A DNA stretch of 64,000 nucleotides from Macrostomum lignano (GCA_002269645.1 NIVC01000092.1:248001-312000), one strand, 5' to 3'. Counted from the stretch's first letter, positions 24,670 through 46,104 are shown. Notes: a model not told the origin generated them from the sequence alone. Made by a program: numbers and translations.

Positions 24670-25390
24670 ATGCCTAACTATGCCCAGCGATACCCAGCCA
24701 TGCCTAAACATGCCTAACTATGCCCAGCTATGCCCAGCCATGCCTAACTATGTCCAGCCATGCCTAACTATGCCCAGCTATGCCCAGCCATGCCTAACTA
24801 TGCCCAGCCATGCCCAAATATGCCCAGCCATGCCCAGCTATGCCAACTATGCCTAGTCATGTCTAACTATGCCCAGCCATGCCCAACTATGCCCAGCCAT
24901 GCCCAGCTATGCCAACTATGCCCAGCCATGCCTAGCTATGCCAACTATGCCCAGCTATGCCAGCCATGCCCAGCCACGCCCAACTATGCCCAGCCATGCC
25001 CAGCTATGCCAACTATGCCCAGCTATGCCAGCCATGCCCAGCCACGCCCAACTATGCCCAGCCATGCCTAGCTTTGCCAACTATGCCCAGCTATGCCAGC
25101 CATGCCCAGCCACGCCCAACTATGCCCAGCCATGCCCAGCCACGCCCAACTATGCCCAGCCATGCCCAGCTATGCCAACTATGCCCAGCTATGCCAACTA
25201 TGACCAGCCATGCCTAACTATGTCCAGCCATGCCTAACTATGTCCAGCCATGCCTAACTATGCCCAGCCATGCCTAACTATGTCCAGCCATGCCTAACTA
25301 TGTCCAGCCATGCCTAACTATGTCCAGCCATGCCTAACTATGTCCAGCCATGCCTAACTATGCCCAGCCATGCCCAGCAATGTCAACTAT
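24670..25390 (+). repeat. 10/20-bp minisatellite (TGCCCAGCCATGCCTAACTA)
   Basis: Visible; same unit as 28015-29255 in the opposite orientation. Confidence 0.95.
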
Positions 25391-25394
25391 ACTA

Positions 25395-25640
25395 ACTAGT
25401 GCGTCGGCCTATTTAACCCGTTTGTGTGCACACATGTAAGAACTTTTTGCTCTCCACAAATGGCACCAGTATGTAGCTACTGCCCGCTAGTACATGTATT
25501 GTTGCCAAGGCACTAATTGAATTTCATCATGCAAACACTAACGGACTTAAAGTTGAATTTGTGCCTTTGGGCTACACTGTTGACAGGGATCACTATGTTG
25601 CCAAGTTTGCTATGGATTATAAATGCATTTTTATGAATAA
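25395..25640 (+). pseudogene. Possible decayed C-terminal fragment of the MULE transposase
   Basis: Broken translation STCIVAKALIEFHHANTNGLKVEFVPLGYTVDRDHYVAKFAMDYKCIF loosely resembles the region before the SWIM finger. Confidence 0.3.
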
Positions 25641-26736
25641 TGTAGAGGTTTATTGTTTTTTCTTGTCTATTGTTTTTTTCTGACATTACGAGTAAATGCC
25701 ACTGCTGTGCTAATTTTTACAGTGTGTTGAATTAAATTACAGCAAATCTTTTAGTGCTTGTTTTAATTTGTAGCATATTTACCGCATGGACACACATGGT
25801 AGTATAGTATACATGTACTTTACTGTTTTTTTAGTATTTAGTATCTTGTTTGCTCTATTCAACATAAAACCTAGCTTACTTATTTTCACTTAATGCACAA
25901 ACCTTTACTACTGTGTATGTAGTAAACGCAATTTTAGTAGTAAACGCAAGTTTAGCAGTTCTACATTACAACGCAATTTAACAATACATTCTTCTTATTT
26001 AAGCAATTTAAAACTGCTATGGTTTTGAGAAATCTTAGATTGTACTACACATAAATTCTCTTTTAAACCATTTTAACTCCATACCATGCTACTCCCATGA
26101 GTTTCTCAGAATTTCAACGAATATACTCATTTTGCGAAGCTAATTTGGCTTTCACATTTAATGCACTATAATTTATTGTCTAAGGAGAGAATGTATGCTT
26201 TTGTTTTGTGTTCCCAACGTCTTATAAAGACTAATAAAAAAGCTTTTTTCAACCATCGAACCAAACTCTGAAAAAATCGTTTATTGGTTTTTAACATCTA
26301 CTCTTAAACAGTAATAAAAATTATAAAGTAATAATAATCAATGTGTTACTAAATTTATTTTGATATAAGTTTCAAGTTGGAAATGTATCGTTTTGGAAGT
26401 ATGTAATAAGTCTCATTTATTTGATAATTGCTGAGTACTGAGTAGCACAAAATTGCATGTAAAGAACGTAAAATTAAAGGACACCTTTTTGGACATTTTA
26501 TAATGGTTAAACAGATGAACGATAGACAAAAAGCTAATTTCAGTCAAATGAAGCTACATAAATAGCACCATACATTACATAAACTGCTTCGTATGGGCTA
26601 TGTACGAGTACTCAACATGTACACCTTGATTAACGGAACAACTTATTACTTCAAGTAGTACTAACTTCTAAATTAGAGAATAAAAAAGTTTACAATTTTA
26701 CGTTTACAATTTCTCGCCCTCGTTGCACTGGACCAC

Positions 26737-27907
26737 CTATTCTGTAACGCGCCCATTTGATCGAAGAGTGTAAGGCTTCAATGGAAGCCTTCTCTTTCGT
26801 CGCTGTACTGCTAGGTGCTGCTGCTGTCGGTTGAATGCAGAGAATTCACTCTTAGTCTTTGTGCTACTTACTTCTATAGCAGAGCAGATAGCCTCGACGG
26901 TATCGTTATCTCCTGCAGGAGTAGCAGTAGTAGTTAGACACTGAGGTCTATTTTCTTGTGGTTCAGGAACGCCCTGCTTCTCGACCACGTGTTGAATCTT
27001 CCTTATGTCCTGCACCGTCTCGTGCATCTGCTGTTGCATGGACTTCAAGCTTTCATCCATCTGTCGCAGCTCTTGCTGCATGTTGCGCATGCTTTCTTCC
27101 ATATTCTGCATTTGCTGCTGCATGTTGCGCATTCCCTCAATTTGTTGCATTTGCTGCTGCACGTTTCGAATGTACTCCTCCATTTGCTGCTGCATACTGC
27201 GCATGTTTTCAATGTGCTGATTCTGTTGAACTTCGGGCATCAGTTGCTGCAACTCGGGTAGCGAGCCGTCAGCTTGCTGACCAGCAGCAGCCTGCGGATC
27301 GGCAGCTTGGTTCTCACTAAGGCTTAATTGAGTGGTCCTTTGTAGTAAAGTGTTGACACTTTGACCTTCCATACCGCGAAGTTTCAAAGAATGCCACCAG
27401 ATTGCATGTACTGGAGTTCCTGAGCCGCCCCGTACTGGGAGCCAACAGAGTGCCTGAAAATGTGCGAAACGGAGATTATATAATTTTTATTCGGGAGTAA
27501 GACAAGCGAAATTGGTAGGTACTGTGAAGAAAGTGCAACTGTAAAAGTGTAAAGCATTTGTAATGCATATAATATAAGAAATCGAACTGCAATAAACTTG
27601 TATATATAAAGACTACTGTGTTACTAAACTACTGGTCATAAGCGAGTAAGAGTACACTAACCGAGTCTTTAGATTTTCAGTAGACGACCTTAGAATGCCC
27701 ACTGGTTCCATAGTGACTGCTCTTTAGACACTCGCACAAAACGGACTTAGCAAAAGACGGTGGACGTCCGTCAAGCATTACCCACGCTACAAACTGGCTT
27801 TCTGGACATACATACGATCGATCATCAGGCGCAAGCCGCACAGTCAGCTCATGTGGCAATGGGCCCCGCTCTAGTAGTTGCTCGATTAGCGCCATCACAA
27901 AATACAT
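26737..27907 (-). CDS. Uncharacterised ~311-aa protein inside the MULE unit (globular N-terminus, Gln/Met-rich coiled coil, basic C-terminal motif); exons 27907-27689 and 27453-26737
   Basis: Acceptor TTTCAG|G just before the ATG; donor AAG|GTCGTC and acceptor TTTTCAG|GCA are both phase 0; exon 2 is open for 717 bp; ends in QRRKRRLP. Confidence 0.65.
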
Positions 27908-28014
27908 GCACCTGAAAAGAAAACAGCGAGACAAATAGAAAGAGGCAACAAAATATAAATACACTAAGACACAGCGTATTAAAATAATAAGTAACAAGTG
28001 AAAAAATACACTTG

Positions 28015-29255
28015 AGCATGGCTGGGCATAGTTGGGCATGGCTGGGCATAGTTGGGCATGACTGGGCATGGCTGGGCAGAGTTAGGCAAAGCTGGGCATA
28101 GTTAAACATGGCTGGGCATAGTTATGCATGGCTGGGCATAGTTATGCATGGCTGGGCATAGTTATGCATGGCTGGGCATAGTTATGCATGGCTGGGCATA
28201 GTTATGCATGGTTGGTATGGCTGGGCATAGTTATGCATGGTTGGTATGGCTGGGCATAGTTATGCATGGTTGGTATGGCTGGGCATAGTTATGCATGGTT
28301 GGTATGGCTGGGCATAGTTATGCATGGTTGGTATGGCTGGGCATAGTTATGCATGGTTGGTATGGCTGGGCATAGTTATGCATGGTTGGTATGGCTGGGC
28401 ATAGTTAGGCAAGGCTGGGCATAGTTAGGCATGGCTGGGCATGGCTGGGCATAGTTGGGCATGGTAGGCATTGCTGGGCATGGCTGGGCATAGTTAGGCA
28501 TGGCTGGACATGGTTGGCATGGCTGGGCATAGTTAGGCAAGGCTGGGCATAGTTATGCATGGCTGGGCATAGTTATGCATGGTTGGTATGGCTGGGCATA
28601 GTTAGGCAAGGCTGGGCATAGTTAGGCATGGCTGGGCATGGCTGGGCATAGTTGGGCATGGTAGGCATTGCTGGGCATGGCTGGGCATAGTTAGGCATGG
28701 CTGGACATGGTTGGCATGGCTGGGCATAGTTAGGCAAGGCTGGGCATAGTTATGCATGGCTGGGCATAGTTATGCATGGTTGGTATGGCTGGGCAGAGTT
28801 AGGTATGGCTGGGCATAGTTGGCATGGCTGGGCATGGCTGGGCATAGTTAGGCAAGGCTGGGCATAGTTATACATGGCTGGGCATAGTTGGCATGGCTGG
28901 GCATGGCTGGGCATAGTTAGGCAAGGCTGGGCATAGTTAGGCATGGCTGGGCATAGTTGGGCATAGTAGGCATTGCTGGGCATGGCTGGGCATAGTTAGG
29001 CATGGCTGGACATGGTTGGCATGGCTGGGCAAGGCTGGGCATAGTTGGGCATAGTAGGCATTGCTGGGCATAGTTAGGCATGGCTGGACATGGTTGGCAT
29101 GGCTGGGCATAGTTAGACATGGCTGAGCAGAGTTAGGCAAAGCTGGGTATAGTTAAACATGGCTGGGCATAGTTTGGCATGGCTAGGCATGGTTGGCATG
29201 GCTGGGCATAGTTATGCATGGCTAGACATGGCTGGGCATGGTTGGACATGGCTAG
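28015..29255 (-). repeat. 10/20-bp minisatellite, reverse complement of the 24670-25390 array
   Basis: ATGGCTGGGCATAGTTAGGC units. Confidence 0.95.
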
Positions 29256-31784
29256 GTCATATTTATTCTTGTATTTAACAGATCATTATAGAAGGCTATA
29301 ACAAAAAGCATTAGGTATTAGGCCTATAAATTAAAATAATTATTGAATAACAATAATCAATGTATTATAGATACTAGTATTTCTAATATTCATAAGAGAA
29401 TATATTATAAAAAGTAAATAGGGCCTAGTCCTATAACTACAAAGCTAAAAAATGCTAATAATTATTTTTAAGAAATGATACCTTTTTAAAAAGCAATTGA
29501 GTATGGTTATTAAAATAAAAATATAGTTAAATCTTTAAGAGAAACAATATCAATGAGTGCCTTATATAGTAGATTAGTTCAAGGAATGTATGCAAATTAT
29601 ATTTAATTAATTAATAATCAGTAAAACTGAAAATACATAAGATCATAATGTATAACCAATAGGCAAATATTTAAAGTTAAAGTAGTACAAATTATTTTGA
29701 ATAACCAATTTTGGTAGACTTAAAATGTTTGCATATTTTATAACAACTAGGCCTATAGGCCTAATAAGTTAATAATTGTCTATAAATTAAAATTTGAACT
29801 AATAAAAAATAGTACATTAATTAGTATACTATTTTTAATTAAGTATGATCCTAGTCAGATTTACTAGGGCCTACTTCTAGTTAGCCAATTGTGCCATAAC
29901 TAATACAATTAAGTGCAAGAAAATGCATTGTCCACTCTAGATTTTAGCTCATAAATAAAAAAATTATAGGCCTAACTTGATAATTCCCTGCTGGCACTAA
30001 AAATCCTTGGGTATTTTACATGCTGCAACTAGAAGTAAGTGTCAAAGAACTAAAACCAAATACTAAATAAGGGTATCAGTTTACTTCAATTAATTTTCTA
30101 TAAGTTGCTAGGCCAGTAGGCCCTAGGCCTATTCAACTGTCTTTCAGCTAGTTTAAAGTTCAAATGAAAAATTACTTTATATAAAAACTAAAAATACTAC
30201 TAGACAGACAAGCTTGTAATCCTAAAGTCGAAATCTTACAATTATTAAAAGAATTATACAGTATAGTTAATACTAAAATAAGATTGCTACGCGTACGCCT
30301 GTTTTTGAGCCTAAATGAAAGACCCCATTGACGCTCTACACGCTAACTTGAATTTAAAATTAGCGCGAAATTGCCGTACGAATAGTGGCCAAATTATTCA
30401 TACGGTACCGTACGAATAGTCACTTCCTTCACGATTACCCATTTACCTGCATGTATCTGGCAGAAATTCGCTTGTCAATTAACCTAAAGTCAAAGACAAT
30501 GTTTCTTAGAGCTTTGGGCCTAGTCAACTACTGGAGCCTGGAGGTTAAATGCAGATCACGGTTTTTTGTTTGGGTGGGACTGTAATTCAATTTTTTGTTG
30601 GATTTGAAATAACAAAAAGATCATAATTGGAATCCATTGTTAACGAATGAATGTAAAACATAGTAAAACTAAAAGCATATCGACTTAAGGTTGCATAGGC
30701 AAGATCTTGATTTTTGCTAAGATCCTAAGATTAGGATTTGGATCCTATCCTAATGCCTTACTCCTTTCTCTACTTATTTACTAATTGACTAACTCAAAGA
30801 TATTTTTTAAATGATAATTGATAACAAACAACTAGGTTAGGTTATATGGCTATGTTGCCAAATTCCTAATTTTTTAATAGGTCATCAATGATAGGTCATT
30901 AGTTTGTATAGGATAAAAATTAAAATAGGTATTTTGACTAGCTTCTATTAAACTTAAAGATTGCTACTTAAGAGTTATAGCTTATATAAGGCCTATTTTG
31001 ATTTTTTAAAGTTTGCTTCGCAATTGATATTATTAGAAATTAAGCCTACTTTTATCTAGATTGTTTATTTAGTTATATCTATTATTAAATTAACAAATGT
31101 TTTTCCTAAAGGCAAAGAGAAAGGGATAAGACAGATCTTAAATAGCCTAAAAGTTATCTATTTTAAAAATATATGATAGATATATCTATTGTAAAAGTAG
31201 TTTATTACCCCTAAAAGTAACTCTTTCAAAATAATTTTTTGGCTATATGCCTAGCTCCTAATTTATGTATAAAACTAAATCTTTGATTGTAACTATATAA
31301 ATCTTTCAATATTATTGCTTTATTTATGACTTTGGTATCCTTGGCCTTTCAGCTTTCAGGCAGATGCAATGTCATTTAATAAATACTTGTAACAAAAGCT
31401 TACAAGTATGCCTAAGTATCAAGATTTATCATTGGCTGAGTGAAATAAACTGATAAAATTATAAATTTTCTATAGAAGCTACAGCTGACCTAAAGCAATC
31501 TCAGCATATATTTGGCACACATATGGCATTTTCTAATTCTCATGTGGTAAGTGTTTCATTTGTTTTTTGGCTTTGTTTTAGAAGATATTAAGCTTTAGTT
31601 AAATTGCACTTGATTTGTTCTTGGGCATTGCTAGCCTAGATATAAGACAACATTATTAACACATTACCATGTGTTCTATTGCTTTTGTAGTATGTTCGAT
31701 TGCCTGACTGTTTTGAAAATTTTGTATTTATGTTGCATCATAATTTATTGGCCACAAATTGAGCAGATTAAATTACGCAGATTT

Positions 31785-31848
31785 ACTAATTAGGTGGCGA
31801 GTCGTGTATTTATTAAAATATGGTAATAGTTACTCGCGCCGTTTACCC
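31785..31848 (-). other. Second 64-bp 28S rRNA-like relic
   Basis: Reverse complement GGGTAAACGGCGCGAGTAACTATTACCATATTTTAATAAATACACGACTCGCCACCTAATTAGT; 47/64 ungapped to the recalled 28S, with conserved ends. Confidence 0.7.
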
Positions 31849-32444
31849 AAATACAGAGCCTATATCATTGCTTTAAGATTAAAACTGGAGCAAGTCAAAA
31901 ACAAGGCTTCTTTGATCTTTGCCGCCGCAGACTGACTGACTCACCACCAACTTGACCCTGACACCTCTATCCTCCCTACCCTCTTTGCTCGCCCCATAAA
32001 TTGGTTCTGCTAGCGCTGGGGTTGCTTGCCTCACATCTCGCTATAGCTGCCACGCGCGTGGCTTTGGAGTCATAAAATCTCTACCAATAAAAATCCTGGC
32101 CCCTTGGTTTGCCTCTTGGAAAATCATGGTGGCCATGAAGCGATTATCTCGCCGCCATGTGACTGCTGCTGTGATTTTTTTGTAGCATTTATTACTTCTA
32201 GTTCACGGTTGGTGCAAGTCTTCAGTTTTTAGGGGCGGTCTCCCATCTTTGTGCTGCAGCAACGTTCTAGTTGACTTAATTGCTTCTGTTTTCTTGTCTT
32301 ATCTACTCAGCTGTTCTCCATATTTCTCTCTTAGCCCTCAAATGCCGCATCATTTGTCCTTCAACCTGTGTTTCATGCCTGTCCATCTGTGTCTACCTCT
32401 ATGCTACCCCTCTCCCTCACACTACATCTGTACCACCCACCGCC

Positions 32445-32830
32445 CTCTGTATATCCCTCTGTACCTCCCTCTGTACCTCCCTCTGTACCTCCCTCTGTAG
32501 CTCCTTCTGTACCTTCCTCTGTAGCTCCCTCTGTACCTCCCTCTGTACCTCCCTCTGTAGCTCCCTCTGTAGCTCCCTCTGTACCTCCCTCTGTACCTCC
32601 CTCCGTACCTCCCTCTGTACCTTCCTCTGTAGCTCCCTCTGTACCTCCCTCTGTACCTCCCTCCGTACCTCCCTCTGTACCTCCCTCCGTACCTCCCTCT
32701 GTACCTTCCTCTGTAGCTCCCTCTGTACCTCCCTCTGTACCTCCCTCCGTACCTCCCTCTGTACCTCCCTCTGTACCTCCCTCTGTAGCTCCCTCTGTAC
32801 CTCCCTCTGTACCTCCCTTTGTAGCTCCCT
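32445..32830. repeat. 12-bp minisatellite (CTCCCTCTGTAC)
   Basis: Visible directly. Confidence 0.95.
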
Positions 32831-33744
32831 CTCCCTCTGTATCTTCCACCTCCCTCCCATCTCCCTTTACCTCCCTCTCCTCGTTTCTTATCTCTCTGTC
32901 TCCCCTCTCTCCCCCCGCCCAGTGTTTCTCTGTCTATCTCATCCTGCCCCCGTCTTCCTTTCTATCTCATCTTTCCTGTCTTCCCCCTTTTCTGTCTCCC
33001 TCTCTTCGAAGACATAATTTTGAGCGTTTTCGACTATTGCAAGATAGCCACGTTGATTAAAAATTAATAGGAAAATTTTTTTACTTGCTTAACTTGTACA
33101 GTTGGAAGGCCGTACTTTGACTCATAGAGGTCGTTTCCATGGTTTCATGTGGGTGTATTGTGCATGTGGGGGAGTTCAAGGCAAGTGGTGGCATGATTTC
33201 CCAAAGTCCTCAGTGGGTTCTCTCTCCCCTCTGCTCCCAAGTGCAGTGCAGATTTTTCCTGGTGGCGCTCTCCCCTCTATCCCTCTCTGCCCCTATTCCA
33301 ACCTTACCCTGTCCAAGGAGATCTTCAACTATAATCTGGATTGCTAGCTTTTCTGTGCCAAATCATCTATTAAAGGAGACAAATTCGCACTCCAGATGCT
33401 CTTTTGTTCAATGCTTGGTTCGCCTTGTTCCTCTTATGGGTATAAGCCACCCATAAGGGGGAAGTGTTAAAGTATAAAGTGCATATGGGCCGGGTATCGC
33501 TGCTGCACAAAATGCGTTGGCAATATTGGGAGTTTTCAGTTTTTTTTTGTAACAATAAATTACCTATGTTAGGTATAGTTAAAAAATCGTATAGCTTTTT
33601 GCAGCCCACTTGGGCTTATGCGTATTGTCCCATGCTGTACGCTCATTATTCAACGTTTTAAAATCATTATTCAATGCTACTAAAATTCTTACATTACAAA
33701 ATTCTTACAGTGCGTTATTTTAAGAATTTCGGTGTTGTTTGGAC

Positions 33745-34235
33745 TCATTTTGGCGCCTTAGGCACTCATCTTGGCGCCATAACCAGACACTCATTTTGGC
33801 GCCTTAGGCACTCATCTTGGCGCCATAACCAGACACTCATTTTGGCGCCTTAGGCACTCATCTTGGCGCCATAACCAGACACTCATTTTGGCGCCTTAGG
33901 CACTCATCTTGGCGCCATAACCAGACACTCATTTTGGCGCCTTAGGCACTCATCTTGGCGCCATAACCAGACACTCATTTTGGCGCCTTAGGCACTCATT
34001 TTGGCGCCACAGCCAGACACTCATTTTGGCACTCAGTTTGGCGCCACAACCAGGCACTCATTCTGGCGCCTTAGGCACTCATTTTGGCGCCACAACCAGG
34101 CACTCATTTTGGTGTCACAACCAGGCACTCATTTTGGCGCCTTAGGCACTCATTTTAGCGCCACAGCCAGGCACACATTTTGGCGCCACAACCAGGCACT
34201 CATTTTGGCGCCTTAGGCGCTAAATTTTGCGCCCT
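33745..34235. repeat. ~46-bp dimeric minisatellite (TTTTGGCGCCTTAGGCACTCATCTTGGCGCCATAACCAGACACTCA)
   Basis: Visible tandem copies upstream of the TRIM gene. Confidence 0.92.
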
Positions 34236-34642
34236 AAAACAAAACTTTTGATTTCCACAACAGGTCACATGCTGTACATAGAAAAAATGCTTTTATAATT
34301 CAATTTTCATTCAGAGTACGACTCCTATCGAGAAGAAGTGAAAAAAATCATTCTCAAGCTACAAAATCGTTGCACTACTAGAAGTAGACGGAGCGTTGTG
34401 TGCGTTTTGGTTGAGTAGATTATAAAAAACACTTGAGTCCTGTCTTCATTCTCGTTTGCCTAGGTACAGTCAGTCTCTATTGGCTGAGACCGTATGGCCT
34501 TATCATAGGTGGCGCCCTTTTGACAAGTGCAATCTCTAATTTACTCTTTACCCGACATTTAATTTGCGTTCATTTTGCCGTTGAAAGTATCTTAGAGTAA
34601 TTTTTATTTCTCATCTCGCAACTGTCAACTTGAATCCCAAAG

Positions 34643-43653
<9,011 letters not shown>

Positions 43654-43654
43654 C

Positions 43655-43850
43655 TGGTTGATAGGCTGGGTTAAGTGATTGATTGATTGCTTGATTGATT
43701 GAGTGACTGATTGATTAACTGGGTTGAGTGATTGATTGATTGGTTGATTGATTAAATTATTGATTGATTAATTTATTGACTGGCTGATTGACTGATTGGT
43801 TGATTGACTGATTAATTGATTGACTGAGTGATTTTCTGAATGACTGATTG
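43655..43850. repeat. Degenerate (GATT)n
   Basis: Immediately after the TRIM stop codon. Confidence 0.85.
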
Positions 43851-44384
43851 ACGACACTCGTTACGGACTGATCTGATCAGTCAAAGTTTCATAAGCAACG
43901 CACCGCTGTATCAATAGATTATTTTCGTTTACCTTTTTCGTTTAAATTTACCGTCGACCAGTCAGTTTAGTTCTCTCTCACCGATTAGTGTGGCTCGCAA
44001 TGCTCTGATGGATCAAACTGAGTTGCTCAAGTGTTCGCAAGAATTTTATTTAAACCAATTAAAAAAGTTTAAAAAAGGTTATTTTTCTGGGTCAAACTAT
44101 AGTCAATGATGAACTGCTAGGAAAAACTGTTAGGATTTTTTACTATATATTTCTATCATGCACCTGATACTGCAGTGTCTCGCATGCTCCAGCGTGATCA
44201 ACTCTTTATTCGGCCGTTAACTCCGTCTAAACACTTTTGTTTTGCCGCTGTTTTTCTATATTGCTGTATATTTGCGTGCATGCTTGTGCAGCTTTAGCAT
44301 TCTTTTGTTGCTGGCGTGTGCCGTTCTAATTTTAACTCCCATTCGTGTTGGCTGCAAGGTTAGGCTACATTTTCACCTGAGGTA

Positions 44385-45435
44385 GGCCTGAAGGGCATCA
44401 AAGTGGACCTGAAGGTCAGCAAAGTAGATCTGAAGGTCAGCAAAGTGGATCTGAAGGTCAGCAGAGTAGACCTGAAGGTCATCAAAGTGGACCTGAAGGT
44501 CAGCAAAGTAGATCTGAAGGTCAGCAAAGTGGATCTGAAGGTCAGCAGAGTAGACCTGAAGGTCATCAAAGTGGACCTGAAGGTCAGCAGTAGATCTGAA
44601 GGTCAGCAAAGTGGACCTGAAGGTCAGCAATGTGGACATGAAGGTCTGTAGAGTAGACCTGAAGGTCAGCAAAGTAGACCTGAAGGTCAGCAATGTGGAC
44701 CTGAAGGTCTGCAAAGTAGACCTGAAGGGCATCAAAGTGGATCTGAAGGTCAGCAGAGTAGACCTGAAGGTCAGCAAAGTGGACCTGAAGGTCTGCAAAG
44801 TGGACCTGAAGGTCGGCAAAGTGGACCTGAATGTCTGCAAAGTAGACCTGAAGGTCAGCAAAGTGGACCTGAAGGTCAGCAATGTGGACATGAAGGTCTG
44901 TAGAGTAGACCTGAAGGTCAGCAAAGTAGACCTGAAGGTCAGCAATGTGGACCTGAAGGTCTGCAAAGTAGACCTGAAGGGCATCAAAGTGGATCTGAAG
45001 GTCTGCAAAGTAGACCTGAAGGTCAGCAAAGTGGACCTGAAGGTCTGCAAAGTGGACCTGAAGGTCGGCAAAGTGGACCTGAATGTCTGCAAAGTAGACC
45101 TGAAGGTCAGCAAAGTGGACCTGAAGGTCAGCAATGTGGACATGAAGGTCTGTAGAGTAGACCTGAAGGTCAGCAAAGTAGACCTGAAGGTCAGCAATGT
45201 GGACCTGAAGGTCTGCAAAGTAGACCTGAAGGGCATCAAAGTGGATCTGAAGGTCAGCAGAGTAGACCTGAAGGTCAGCAAAGTGGACCTGAAGGTCTGC
45301 AAAGTGGACCTGAAGGTCGGCAAAGTGGACCTGAATGTCTGTAAAGTAGACCTGAAGGTCAGCAAAGTGGACCTGAAGGGCATCAAAGTGGACCTGAAGG
45401 TCAGCAAAGTAGACCTGAAGGTCAGCAATGTGGAC
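44385..45435. repeat. 21-bp minisatellite (GACCTGAAGGTCAGCAAAGTG) with a 252-bp higher-order repeat
   Basis: Marker AATGTGGACATG at 44629, 44881 and 45133 (period 12 x 21). Confidence 0.95.
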
Positions 45436-46104
45436 CCCGAGTCCTGAAGGGAGAAGAATGAAGCACAAATCAAATGTTAGGAAGCTTCAATTTCAATAGA
45501 TTAACACAGAAAATTCAGCTTAGTAAATCTGCCGTAGGATTTGCATTTCTTGTAGTTTTATTTAACCCTGAAATAGTTAATCCTATACGCGGGTCCGTTT
45601 AACCATGAGCAGGACTTACTCAATAGTTACGACGAGGTCTGACTTTTGTTTTGTTAGAAAGATTTTTATTGTGTATGACCAGTATCTAAATGATTAATAT
45701 TAATTGGCTGTTTCTGTGTTTGCTAAGGTTTAATTATGTTTAATATAATTGCCTCGAGACATCGAGTTACGCCTGGCCGCATCTGCGCAATATGCACTTT
45801 TACTATTGTGTTAAAGTACATTTTGTACTTTTCAATATTATACTATATTAATGCTATATACACACACAGGCGCTGTTTCTATAGCTTTGCCTACTCTGAC
45901 TCAACTTTTGTGTTTAAGATTACTATTTGCCTTTTAGTGTAAAATTTATAATATACATTTCTGTTACATTTATTATTAAATGTTGCTGTGAGCACCGGAG
46001 TATATAGGTAATATTATTTATACTCCAATAATTTGCATTTTGCTGACCCAGCTTATGTTTATTAGTTGTAATGCAGTGCTGGTAATGGCCTTGGTATTGT
46101 GGAG

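Larger units (their letters stand above)
19414..30429. mobile_element. ~11 kb Mutator-like (MULE) unit with long imperfect terminal inverted repeats
   Basis: 19414-~19640 is the reverse complement of ~30200-30429 (AAGGAAGTGACTATTCGTACGGTACCG...), and similarity continues at ~19730-19880 versus ~29800-29950. An internal FAR1/ZSWIM3-N-like ORF is present. No matching TSD was found. Confidence 0.7.

Noticed and set aside
24760-25237. MPSHAQLCP-type repeat proteins (also 27849-29140)
   Set aside because: Minisatellite translations with many frame-breaking unit variants.
31330-31600. Possible hAT transposase relic
   Set aside because: Translation is too degraded to support a call without an alignment.
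32249-33060. SVPP, TEGG and EVQR repeat proteins
   Set aside because: A 12-bp satellite open in every frame, with no splice or start context.
44105-44167. Box C/D snoRNA (ATGATGA...CTGA)
   Set aside because: No convincing terminal stem and no antisense match to rRNA that I can recognise.
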